A program made the translations under genes and the position numbers. Below the pieces are notes generated by a model. The model was not told where the DNA came from, searched no databases, and saw nothing but the letters and a program-made list of their open reading frames with translations. Positions 16,128 to 23,163 of a stretch of DNA of 32,000 nucleotides are shown here, piece by piece. Source of the DNA: Nitrosopumilus sp. (GTDB taxonomy: Archaea; Thermoproteota; Nitrososphaeria; Nitrososphaerales; Nitrosopumilaceae); the NCBI GenBank assembly GCA_965205215.1, contig OZ242041.1:1497664-1529663 (forward strand). The letters run 5' to 3'. The first letter of the stretch is position 1, and the number at the start of each line of letters is the position of its first letter.

Positions 16128-17150
16128 ATGACGCGGCGCTTTGGCGAACCATACGGCAACGGGCAGGCAGGCGGCCCGCGCGCCCTCGTATCATCCTGCC
16201 TCGAGGACGTCTTTGCGGGCATGGGGATATCCTCCGAGTCGGCCGCCGCCCTGTTCAACGTGCCGGACTCGGAGCTCGGGGCGCTTGCCGATGCCGCAAA
16301 CGAGATAACGCGCGACCTTGGCGGCAGGTCCGTGGACGTGGAGCAGCTGGCAAACATAAAGAAGAACGCCTGCAGCGAGGACTGCTCGTTCTGCGCCCAG
16401 TCGGCCCTGTTTGACACGGGAATAGACACGTACGCGCTTCCCCCTGCCGAAGAGATCGTAGAGTCCGCGAGGCGCGCAAGGGACGAGGGGGCCGACTCGT
16501 ACTGCCTGGTGGCGGCGTGGCGGCAGCCCTCAAGAAAGGACTTTGAGGACGTGTGCCGCATCATACGGCGCATAAACCTGGAGGTCGGGATACCCGTCGA
16601 GTGCAGCCTGGGATTCCTTACCGCGCAGCAGGCCCGGGAGCTGAAGGGGCTGGGCGTGCGCAGGTACAACCACAACCTGGAGACCTCCCGCTCAAAATTC
16701 CCCGAGATATGCACCACCCACACGTACCAGGACAGGCTCGACACCCTGGAGATTGCAAGGGAGGCCGGGCTGGAACTCTGCACCGGCGGGATAATCGGGA
16801 TGGGGGAGACCCGGGATCAGAGGCTGGAGCTGGTCATGGAGCTTGCGCGCATACGCCCCGAGGAGGTCACGATAAACATGCTGGTGCCCATGCCCGGCAC
16901 CCCGCTTGAGCTTCAGACGAAACTGCCAGAGTCCGAGATTGTCAGGGTGTTTGCGGTGCTGCGGTTCGTCCTGCCGGAATCCATCATAAAGATATCCGGG
17001 GGCCGCGAGGAGACGCTTGACGACGACGGAAAGAGGCTGCTGCTCGGGGGCGCCAACGGCATCATCACGGGGGGGTACCTGACCAGACCCGGCAACGACG
17101 CGGGCAGGGACAAGACGATGATCGAGGAGATCGGCCTCCGGCAGCAATGA
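16128..17150 (+). CDS. bioB: Biotin synthase (radical SAM)
   Basis: 340 aa. Radical-SAM cluster motif CSEDCSFCAQS. BioB-like YNHNLETS and GGIIGMGET motifs. Confidence 0.93.
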   Translation: MTRRFGEPYGNGQAGGPRALVSSCLEDVFAGMGISSESAAALFNVPDSELGALADAANEITRDLGGRSVDVEQLANIKKNACSEDCSFCAQSALFDTGIDTYALPPAEEIVESARRARDEGADSYCLVAAWRQPSRKDFEDVCRIIRRINLEVGIPVECSLGFLTAQQARELKGLGVRRYNHNLETSRSKFPEICTTHTYQDRLDTLEIAREAGLELCTGGIIGMGETRDQRLELVMELARIRPEEVTINMLVPMPGTPLELQTKLPESEIVRVFAVLRFVLPESIIKISGGREETLDDDGKRLLLGGANGIITGGYLTRPGNDAGRDKTMIEEIGLRQQ

Positions 17151-17186
17151 CCGGCCGGGGTTGACGAGGGGGACGGGCGGCGCAAA

Positions 17187-18572
17187 ATGGCATCGCACCT
17201 GTCCTCAACGCCGGCCGCGGACGGTCCGGAGCACGAAGGGGCGAAGGGGGCGGCGCGTCCGCCATCGTCACCACCGTCACCACCCCCACCACCGACAAGA
17301 CGGGCCACCTCCTTTGCAGCAGAGATACTCCGGGCGGCAAGGGGGGACGGACTGTACCGCAGGCTGCGACACGGACAGACCAGCGGACAGTACATTACAA
17401 TCGACGGGCACTCCCTGATCAACCTGTGCTCAAACGACTACCTCGGGATGGGGGGACAGCAGGGAGGGGAGGCGGCATCAGGCGGCGCGCGCAGCGGCAG
17501 TGGCGGCGACGGCACCCCGGACGGCACCGGCCAAGACGGCACCGGCCAAGACGGCACCGGACCGGGGGAGCCGGCGCAAATCCCTGCAAGCTCGCGACTG
17601 CTTTCTGGCGGCGACGCATCCCACATGATACTCGAGGAGGCGCTTGCCGAGTCAAAATCGTACGAGGCCGCGCTCGTCTACCCGACGGGGTACATGGCCA
17701 ACATAGGGGCCATACAGGTACTCGGAGTGTCGGGGGATGCAGAGAAGGGCGCCGCCGCAGGCAGCGTCATATTCAGCGACGAGCTCAACCACGCGAGCAT
17801 AATAGACGGGTGCAGGCTTGCAGGCGGCTCGCGAACCGTCACGTATGCGCACAACGACGTGGCCGACCTGGAGCGCAAGATCTCCGCGCACTCCGGCGAC
17901 GGACGCGGGCGCGTCGTCATAATCACGGAGGGGGTCTTCAGCATGGACGGGGATGTCGCGCCGCTGGGGCCGCTGCGGGACGTGGCAGACAGGCATGGCG
18001 CCGTCATGATGGTGGATGACGCCCACGGCGACTTTGTGCTGGGGGAGACGGGCGGCGGAACCCCTGAGCACTTGGGGATCTCCCCGCGCGACGGGCGGGG
18101 GCCCCACATCTATACGAGCAGCCTCAGCAAGGGGCTCGGCTCGTTCGGAGGATACGTGGCATCGGACAGCGACGTTGTAGACCTGTGCGTCAACCGTTCG
18201 AGGGCGTTCATATACACGTCGGCCCTCCCGTCATACTTTGCAGAGCATGCATACCGCAGGATGCTCGCGCCAGACGTGATGCGCAGTCGCAGGGCCAGGC
18301 TGGCGCGCAACGTAAAGAGACTGGCCGGGGCGCTTGAAGAGGCGGGACACCCCACCGAGTCCCGCACGCACATCATGCCGGTGATGATCGGAGACGAGCG
18401 GCGCGCCGCGGACGTTTCAGAGCGCCTGTACGGGGCCGGCGTGTACGCCCCCGCGATCAGGTACCCGACGGTACCACGCGGCGAGGCCCGGATCAGGATG
18501 TCGGCCACTGCCTGGCTTGAGGACGAGGACATAGATGCCGTGGGAGAGGCTCTGGAATCAGCTTTGGCATGA
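17187..18572 (+). CDS. bioF: 8-amino-7-oxononanoate synthase
   Basis: 461 aa. CSNDYLGM, SDELNHASIIDG, DDAHG and SLSKGLGSFGGY (PLP lysine region) are typical of the BioF/KBL family. Carries a Pro/Ser-rich N-terminal extension and a Gly/Asp/Thr-rich insertion. Confidence 0.88.
   Translation: MASHLSSTPAADGPEHEGAKGAARPPSSPPSPPPPPTRRATSFAAEILRAARGDGLYRRLRHGQTSGQYITIDGHSLINLCSNDYLGMGGQQGGEAASGGARSGSGGDGTPDGTGQDGTGQDGTGPGEPAQIPASSRLLSGGDASHMILEEALAESKSYEAALVYPTGYMANIGAIQVLGVSGDAEKGAAAGSVIFSDELNHASIIDGCRLAGGSRTVTYAHNDVADLERKISAHSGDGRGRVVIITEGVFSMDGDVAPLGPLRDVADRHGAVMMVDDAHGDFVLGETGGGTPEHLGISPRDGRGPHIYTSSLSKGLGSFGGYVASDSDVVDLCVNRSRAFIYTSALPSYFAEHAYRRMLAPDVMRSRRARLARNVKRLAGALEEAGHPTESRTHIMPVMIGDERRAADVSERLYGAGVYAPAIRYPTVPRGEARIRMSATAWLEDEDIDAVGEALESALA
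17508..17564 (+). repeat. Tandem 15-bp repeat GACGGCACCGGCCAA (about 3.8 copies) inside bioF
   Basis: gacggcaccccg / gacggcaccggccaa / gacggcaccggccaa / gacggcaccggaccg, encoding DGTP-DGTGQ-DGTGQ-DGTGP. Confidence 0.9.
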
Positions 18573-18609
18573 CGCCGCGCGGCGCCGCATGTCGGGGGAG
18601 ATGGCCGAA

Positions 18610-18714
18610 TCAGCGCATCATGTCAAACCCGCCAAGCGCAGGCGAACCCACTATCACGGCAATGGTGATTATCACGCCCAGTGCTATGCCGACTATGACA
18701 AACCTCTTGTTCAT
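18610..18714 (-). CDS. Micro-ORF, 34-aa single-pass membrane peptide
   Basis: Not in the track. MNKRFVIVGIALGVIITIAVIVGSPALGGFDMMR: basic N-terminus plus one TM helix. Own TATA (18736-18746) 27 nt upstream. Confidence 0.35.
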   Translation of the reverse strand: MNKRFVIVGIALGVIITIAVIVGSPALGGFDMMR

Positions 18715-18735
18715 GGGGCCCCGTGCGTGATCTCA

Positions 18736-18746
18736 GATAAAAAGCA
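18736..18746 (-). promoter_or_regulatory. TATA box of micro-ORF 18610-18714
   Basis: GCTTTTTATCT on the minus strand, 27 nt upstream of the ATG at 18714. Confidence 0.4.
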
Positions 18747-18877
18747 AATGGTCGAGGGACTGCCCCCCTCCAGCTGTCGGTGACTGTAGAAGCCCGCCGC
18801 CCCGGGCGCGTACGGCCGGCAGGGCGGACAAGGCCGCCGCCGACGGCTGACAAGAGGCGGCAGAATCTGGAACAACT

Positions 18878-18892
18878 CTTTAATGCATTTTT
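18878..18892 (+). promoter_or_regulatory. TATA box of ccdA
   Basis: CTTTAATGCATTTTT about 25 nt upstream of the ATG at 18908. Confidence 0.4.
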
Positions 18893-18907
18893 GCCGCTTT
18901 CATACAC

Positions 18908-19672
18908 ATGACGGAGCTCAACCTTGCCATAGCGGCCCTTGCGGGGATGGGATCCTTTGCGGCCCCATGCATACTCCCAATGATTCCGGCGTTTCTGGCG
19001 TACATATCGGGCACCACCATTTCGGATCTCACGCAGAGCGGTGGTGGTGGTGGTGGTGGATCCCAGTCCGGCGCCTCCAGGACTGTGTCGATAAATCGCG
19101 CCAGCATCGTGCTGAACTCCGTCTTCTTCGTTCTGGGCTTTTCCGTGGTGTTCTCCGTGCTCGGCGTGCTCATCAACAGCGTCCTGTCGCAGTATACGGG
19201 GGAGCTGGTCGAGGGGCTCAACCAGGTCGGCGGGGCCATAATAATCTCGTTTGGCGTGTTCCTCCTGCTCTCGACTTGGATAAGGCGGATCAACGTGGAG
19301 CGCAAGTTCGTCCCAAGGGGGGCAAAGGCCGGATACCCGATGTCGTTCGTGTTCGGGCTCGCCTTTGCAGTTGGGTGGACGCCGTGCGTTGGCCCCATAC
19401 TCGGCACCATACTTACGCTTGCCGCAACCACGCCGTCCGCGGCGTTCAACCTGCTACTGGTCTACTCGCTGGGGCTTGGAATCCCGTTCATACTGATCGG
19501 CGTGTTCTATTCCAGGGCCACCCGCATGATACGCGCAATGTCAAGGCACCTAAAGTACTACAACCCCATACTCGGGGGGTTCATCATACTGCTCGGTGTC
19601 CTCGTCCTTACAAACCAGCTTGCGCAGATTGCAAACTTTCCGCTGCTCAACGAGCTACTGTTCCTAGGGTGA
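18908..19672 (+). CDS. ccdA: CcdA/DsbD-family transmembrane thiol:disulfide electron transporter
   Basis: 254 aa. Conserved Cys in FAAPCILPMIPAFLAYISG and in VGWTPCVGPILG; multi-pass hydrophobic profile. Confidence 0.88.
   Translation: MTELNLAIAALAGMGSFAAPCILPMIPAFLAYISGTTISDLTQSGGGGGGGSQSGASRTVSINRASIVLNSVFFVLGFSVVFSVLGVLINSVLSQYTGELVEGLNQVGGAIIISFGVFLLLSTWIRRINVERKFVPRGAKAGYPMSFVFGLAFAVGWTPCVGPILGTILTLAATTPSAAFNLLLVYSLGLGIPFILIGVFYSRATRMIRAMSRHLKYYNPILGGFIILLGVLVLTNQLAQIANFPLLNELLFLG
19040..19060 (+). repeat. (GGT)6GGA triplet run in ccdA encoding Gly7
   Basis: Read directly. Lies in the loop after the first TM hairpin. Confidence 0.9.
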
Positions 19673-19676
19673 TGCA

Positions 19677-20807
19677 ATGAGACAAGAGGTAAGGACAGCA
19701 ATAGTACTCGGGGGCGTCATTGCAGTGGGGCTCGCCGTTGCAAGCATCGCGTTCACGGCGCTCGACTCGGAACCGGCTCCCACGGTGGCGGCAGGCGGGG
19801 ACCCAGACGCGCAGCAGTCCGCACCGGCAGTCGACAAGTCCCGCTTCAAGATGGCGCCCGACTTGGTGGGCATAGCGCACTATCTGAACACCACGCCCGA
19901 GGAGCTGGAGGCCAGGATCGGCGACAGCGTCGTACTGTACGACATATGGACGTACAGCTGCATAAACTGCCTGCGGACCCTGCCGCACATCACGGCGTGG
20001 GACGAAAAGTATGCGGACCAGGGGCTGCTGATAATAGGCGTGCACTCGCCGGAGTTCGAGTTTGAAAAGGACATCGACAACGTCAGAAGGGCAGTTGAAA
20101 AGCACGGCATCGGATATCCCGTTGTGCTCGACAACGACTGGGAGACGTGGGACGCGTTTGAGAACAGGTACTGGCCACGCAAGTACGTGGCCGACCACGA
20201 GGGGTACGTCAGGTATGACAGGATAGGCGAGGGCGGATACCAGGAGACGGAGCGCGTCATACAGAAACTGCTCGCCGAGCGCGCCGCGGCCCTCGGAATG
20301 CAGGCCGCCGCGGCCGAGCCGCTCGTGGACATTGACGAGTTCCAGCACACGGCATTCAGGACGCCGGAGCTGTACTTTGGGTACTATTTCGCCCAGAACC
20401 GCAACAACCTTGGCAGCAGCGAGGGGTTCAATCCGGGCCAGACTATAGAGTACGAGCGCCCGGACGGCGTGGAGCACAACAAGTTCTACATGGTCGGAAC
20501 GTGGACCAACGGGCGCGACGGCATGAGTCTCCCGGACGGGGAGGACGGGAGCGTGCTGCTGAAGTACAGCGCGAAGGAGGTCAACATTGTGACGGCCGGG
20601 GCCGGCGTGATACGGGTGCTGGTCGACGGCGCCCCGATCAGTCCGGACATTGCGGGGCACGACGTCGATCCCGGCACGGGGCTGATCACGACTGACGAGC
20701 CGCGCCTGTACAACGTGGTAAGCACCGAGTCCAGCTCCACGCACGAGATCGAGCTGCAGATAGACAACGGGGGCGGCTTTGAGATATTCACGTTCACGTT
20801 CGGATGA
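19677..20807 (+). CDS. Membrane-anchored thioredoxin-like (redoxin) protein with a DipZ-type C-terminal jelly-roll domain
   Basis: 376 aa. N-terminal TM segment. CxxC in IWTYSCINCLRTLPH. GVHSPEFEFEKD ... YPVVLDNDWETWDAFENRYWPRKY is redoxin-like. C-terminal FYMVGTWTNGRDGMS ... KEVNIVTAG ... VLVDG resembles the DipZ C-terminal domain. Begins 4 nt after the ccdA stop. Confidence 0.8.
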   Translation: MRQEVRTAIVLGGVIAVGLAVASIAFTALDSEPAPTVAAGGDPDAQQSAPAVDKSRFKMAPDLVGIAHYLNTTPEELEARIGDSVVLYDIWTYSCINCLRTLPHITAWDEKYADQGLLIIGVHSPEFEFEKDIDNVRRAVEKHGIGYPVVLDNDWETWDAFENRYWPRKYVADHEGYVRYDRIGEGGYQETERVIQKLLAERAAALGMQAAAAEPLVDIDEFQHTAFRTPELYFGYYFAQNRNNLGSSEGFNPGQTIEYERPDGVEHNKFYMVGTWTNGRDGMSLPDGEDGSVLLKYSAKEVNIVTAGAGVIRVLVDGAPISPDIAGHDVDPGTGLITTDEPRLYNVVSTESSSTHEIELQIDNGGGFEIFTFTFG

Positions 20808-20851
20808 CGCCGTCCGGGCCGCGTCCCGCGCCGCATGCCGGCTTCGCCGTA

Positions 20852-20881
20852 CCCTCTCCTCCCACTCCACCCCCTCCCCCC
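20852..20881. repeat. C-tract element CCCTCTCCTCCCACTCCACCCCCTCCCCCC
   Basis: Read directly. Lies 88-117 nt upstream of the cdvB ATG, C-rich on the sense strand. Confidence 0.8.
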
Positions 20882-20902
20882 ATACCATTAACCGCGCGTA
20901 CG

Positions 20903-20918
20903 TGTAACCACGGTTACA
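20903..20918. promoter_or_regulatory. Perfect palindrome TGTAACC-AC-GGTTACA upstream of the cdvB TATA
   Basis: Read directly. 7-bp arms with a 2-bp spacer, centred about 33 bp upstream of the TATA at 20941-20947. Confidence 0.4.
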
Positions 20919-20940
20919 GTGGGCGCGGTGACAGCCACGC

Positions 20941-20947
20941 TTTTAAC
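20941..20947 (+). promoter_or_regulatory. TATA box of cdvB
   Basis: TTTTAAC about 25 nt upstream of the ATG at 20969. Supports 20969 rather than the track start at 20804. Confidence 0.5.
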
Positions 20948-20968
20948 GTACTTTGTAAAGCAGATCAA

Positions 20969-21886
20969 ATGCTAAGGGACTCCTGGGACAACGCAGGCCG
21001 CAAGAGCATCTCAAAGAGGATGTTTGACAAGGTAAAGAACGAAGAGCCGCTTACAAAGAGGATTGCCGGCGCCCAGCGCGAATTCGACATACAGATTGCA
21101 AAGCTCGACGTGGCCCGCGGCAAGATGCAAAAGATACACGACACGATATTCCAAAAGGTGATGCATGCGCAGCGCAGGAACCAGATACGGTACGCGAGGG
21201 CGTATGCGCAGGAACTGGGCCAGGTACGCAAGATGCTCACGATGGTCAACAGCGCAAAACTCTCCCTTGAGCAGGTAAAGATAAGGCTCGACACGGTAAC
21301 CGAATTCGGCGACGTGGTGGTCACGCTAAGCCCGTGCATGTCATTGATACGTGGGCTGGCGCCGTCCCTGAGCGGCATAATGCCGCAGGCAAGCTCCTCC
21401 ATGAACGACCTCTCAGAGATGCTCGGGGATGTGATTGACGGATCGTCCATGGGCGCGATGTGTGCCGGCGTGGAGGTGGGAGCGGGCAGCGAGGAGGCCC
21501 GCGCCATACTGGAGGAGGCACACAACGTTATGGTCGGGAATGCACAGACCGCGTTTCCGGACGTTCCGGCGGAGTTTCAGAGCGGCAAGGCAGGAGTGGC
21601 AGCAGCAGCAGCTGCCTCTGCCAGTGACATGCTGCAGTCGGTTCCGAACATAGAGATGGATGCGGCGGAAGGTCCGAACGTCTTGCCGCCGCAGCCGCAG
21701 CCGCAGCCGCCGCGGCAACAACAGGTATCTCAGATACGGCCCCCGCCTCAACAGCAGCCTACTCAGTTCAGCATTCAGCAGCAGCAACCCGCATCACCGC
21801 CGCCGCCACCGCCGCAGCAGCGGCAACCCGCACCTCGTGCCGCCGCCGAGCAGCAGAGCAAAAAGAAAGAGATTATCCCGATGTGA
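20969..21886 (+). CDS. cdvB: ESCRT-III (Snf7/CdvB family) cell-division protein with a long Pro/Gln-rich tail
   Basis: 305 aa from MLRDSWDNAGRK. RYARAYAQELGQVRKMLTMVNSAKLSLEQVKIRLDTVTEFGDVVVTLSPCMSLIRGL matches the ESCRT-III helical hairpin core seen in crenarchaeal and thaumarchaeal CdvB. Confidence 0.78.
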   Translation: MLRDSWDNAGRKSISKRMFDKVKNEEPLTKRIAGAQREFDIQIAKLDVARGKMQKIHDTIFQKVMHAQRRNQIRYARAYAQELGQVRKMLTMVNSAKLSLEQVKIRLDTVTEFGDVVVTLSPCMSLIRGLAPSLSGIMPQASSSMNDLSEMLGDVIDGSSMGAMCAGVEVGAGSEEARAILEEAHNVMVGNAQTAFPDVPAEFQSGKAGVAAAAAASASDMLQSVPNIEMDAAEGPNVLPPQPQPQPPRQQQVSQIRPPPQQQPTQFSIQQQQPASPPPPPPQQRQPAPRAAAEQQSKKKEIIPM

Positions 21887-21946
21887 TCGCCCGGCGCATC
21901 CAAAGCCACGCGTGCAATAGGATGCAGTGGCAGATCGCAGACTGTC

Positions 21947-22285
21947 CTACTTTGCCGGCTCGCCCGCCTTCTCTACAAGCAGCTTCTTGATCCTGGATAT
22001 GCTCGGATAGCTGTACCCCTTTCTCCGATACTCGGCAATCATAGTCTTCCAGTTTGCAAGCCTCCAGCGGGCCTGCTCAGAGGACACGGAATGCACCTCC
22101 TCGCGTATCAGGCTCTTGCGGCCCACCTTTAGCTGCCCCGCGTCCTTGGCGGCCCACCTGCTGTGGGCAAACCGCAGCCCCGACAGCACGCTGTCTGCGG
22201 GCATCAGCGCCATCAGGCGCCGGATCTCGTCTACCTGGGACTCGGTCGCGTCCGGAGGCGGCCGTATGCTGTCGTCAGGCGCCAT
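21947..22285 (-). CDS. Hypothetical protein (112 aa)
   Basis: Start chosen at the ATG at 22285 because the TATA (22308-22314) lies 26 nt upstream. The track ORF (to 22588) overlaps DUF371. No family recognised. Confidence 0.4.
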   Translation of the reverse strand: MAPDDSIRPPPDATESQVDEIRRLMALMPADSVLSGLRFAHSRWAAKDAGQLKVGRKSLIREEVHSVSSEQARWRLANWKTMIAEYRRKGYSYPSISRIKKLLVEKAGEPAK

Positions 22286-22307
22286 GACAGCGCGCCGCGC
22301 CCGCCCC

Positions 22308-22314
22308 ATATAAT
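22308..22314 (-). promoter_or_regulatory. TATA box of ORF 21947-22285
   Basis: ATTATAT on the minus strand, 26 nt upstream of the ATG at 22285. Confidence 0.4.
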
Positions 22315-22317
22315 GTG

Positions 22318-22437
22318 CTAGCAGGAGAGAGGAATGTTGGAGTTCTTGCACAGGGTCATGTACATTCCAAACCCGAGTATTACGGAGGCGAACACCCCGA
22401 GCGGTATGAGCAAAAAGATCTTTGTCTTGAGGCCCAT
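22318..22437 (-). CDS. Micro-ORF, 39-aa single-pass membrane peptide
   Basis: Not in the track. MGLKTKIFLLIPLGVFASVILGFGMYMTLCKNSNIPLSC. TATA (22458-22467) 26 nt upstream. Confidence 0.35.
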   Translation of the reverse strand: MGLKTKIFLLIPLGVFASVILGFGMYMTLCKNSNIPLSC

Positions 22438-22457
22438 GGCATGGCGGGGCCGCCCGA

Positions 22458-22467
22458 GTATAAAACC
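22458..22467 (-). promoter_or_regulatory. TATA box of micro-ORF 22318-22437
   Basis: GTTTTATACT on the minus strand, 26 nt upstream of the ATG at 22437. Confidence 0.4.
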
Positions 22468-22469
22468 CA

Positions 22470-22883
22470 TCACGTCTCGATCGAGAACACTCCGCGCGCG
22501 CCGGGATCCCGGAGCAGGCGCACCATGTCGCGCGGAACGTCATCAGAGGCCTTGTCAAACCCCACCGCAAGCGTGCGCGGGCACACAAACCTGCTCTTCC
22601 GGACTACAATGTCTGATGCGTGCGTCAGCGTGAGGCCCTTGTGCCCCACACCCCCAGCTTCAAACCTGAGGCCCCCCACCTCTATTGCGATTCGCACCGG
22701 CCTGCCGGGATCGCGGAGCCTGCTCTTGAGCTCGTCAGGCAGATCGGCGCACGCCGACTCGGCACCGACGCCCACTATGCAGTCGCCGCGCGGCGTCAGC
22801 GCCGTCTCCCTTGTAATCTCGATCGTCTTCTTGTGAGTCGAGAGTACGTTCGGGTGGCCGCGGAAGCCCACTTCAAACCGCAT
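22470..22883 (-). CDS. DUF371 domain protein
   Basis: 137 aa from MRFEVGFRGHPNVLSTHKKTIEITRETALTPRGDCIVGV ... IVVRKSRFVCPRTLAV, matching the conserved archaeal DUF371 pattern. TATA at the correct spacing; the track start at 23024 is upstream of the promoter. Confidence 0.72.
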   Translation of the reverse strand: MRFEVGFRGHPNVLSTHKKTIEITRETALTPRGDCIVGVGAESACADLPDELKSRLRDPGRPVRIAIEVGGLRFEAGGVGHKGLTLTHASDIVVRKSRFVCPRTLAVGFDKASDDVPRDMVRLLRDPGARGVFSIET

Positions 22884-22906
22884 AAACGGACGCGGCCAGT
22901 GTGTGG

Positions 22907-22916
22907 AATTAAACCT
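22907..22916 (-). promoter_or_regulatory. TATA box of the DUF371 gene
   Basis: GGTTTAATTC on the minus strand, 28 nt upstream of the ATG at 22883. Confidence 0.45.
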
Positions 22917-22920
22917 TGAT

Positions 22921-22950
22921 GGGGAGGGGGAGGGGAGGGGGAGTGGAGGG
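22921..22950. repeat. G-tract element GGGGAGGGGGAGGGGAGGGGGAGTGGAGGG (G-quadruplex-capable), continuing as a polypurine run to about 22968
   Basis: Read directly. Lies just upstream of the DUF371 TATA, C-rich on that gene's sense strand. Confidence 0.8.
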
Positions 22951-22991
22951 AACAAGGAAAGGAAGGACTCGCGGCATCCCGACTCCTGCAA

Positions 22992-23001
22992 TCTTTTTTT
23001 A
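22992..23001 (+). promoter_or_regulatory. Orphan TATA-like box TCTTTTTTTA
   Basis: 28 nt upstream of an ATG at 23025 that opens only a 35-codon ORF. May drive a transcript carrying the 23164 ORF or an ncRNA. Confidence 0.3.
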
Positions 23002-23163
23002 GGCCGCGAACCCGTCACGCACACATGGACTGTGCCGGCTGGGACGCTCGCGGCATGAGGCCCGCAGAAGGCCCCGACAGGCCAGCGGCGCGCAACTGCA
23101 GGATGCGGACGGGGGAGGACCGGCGTGGGTGATGCAGCGGCCGACGCGCCGGAGGACAGCAGA

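Noticed and set aside
15980-16783. 267-aa minus-strand ORF opposite bioB
   Set aside because: Antisense to bioB, which has the radical-SAM CxxxCxxC motif. No independent support.
19647-20888. 413-aa minus-strand ORF covering the whole DipZ-like gene
   Set aside because: Antisense to a gene with clear CxxC/redoxin motifs. Arg/Val/Pro-rich artefact of high GC.
20804-20968. Upstream extension of the ESCRT-III ORF (MTPSGPRPAPHAGF...)
   Set aside because: The extension runs through the C-tract element, the palindrome and the TATA box. The Snf7-like sequence begins at the ATG at 20969.
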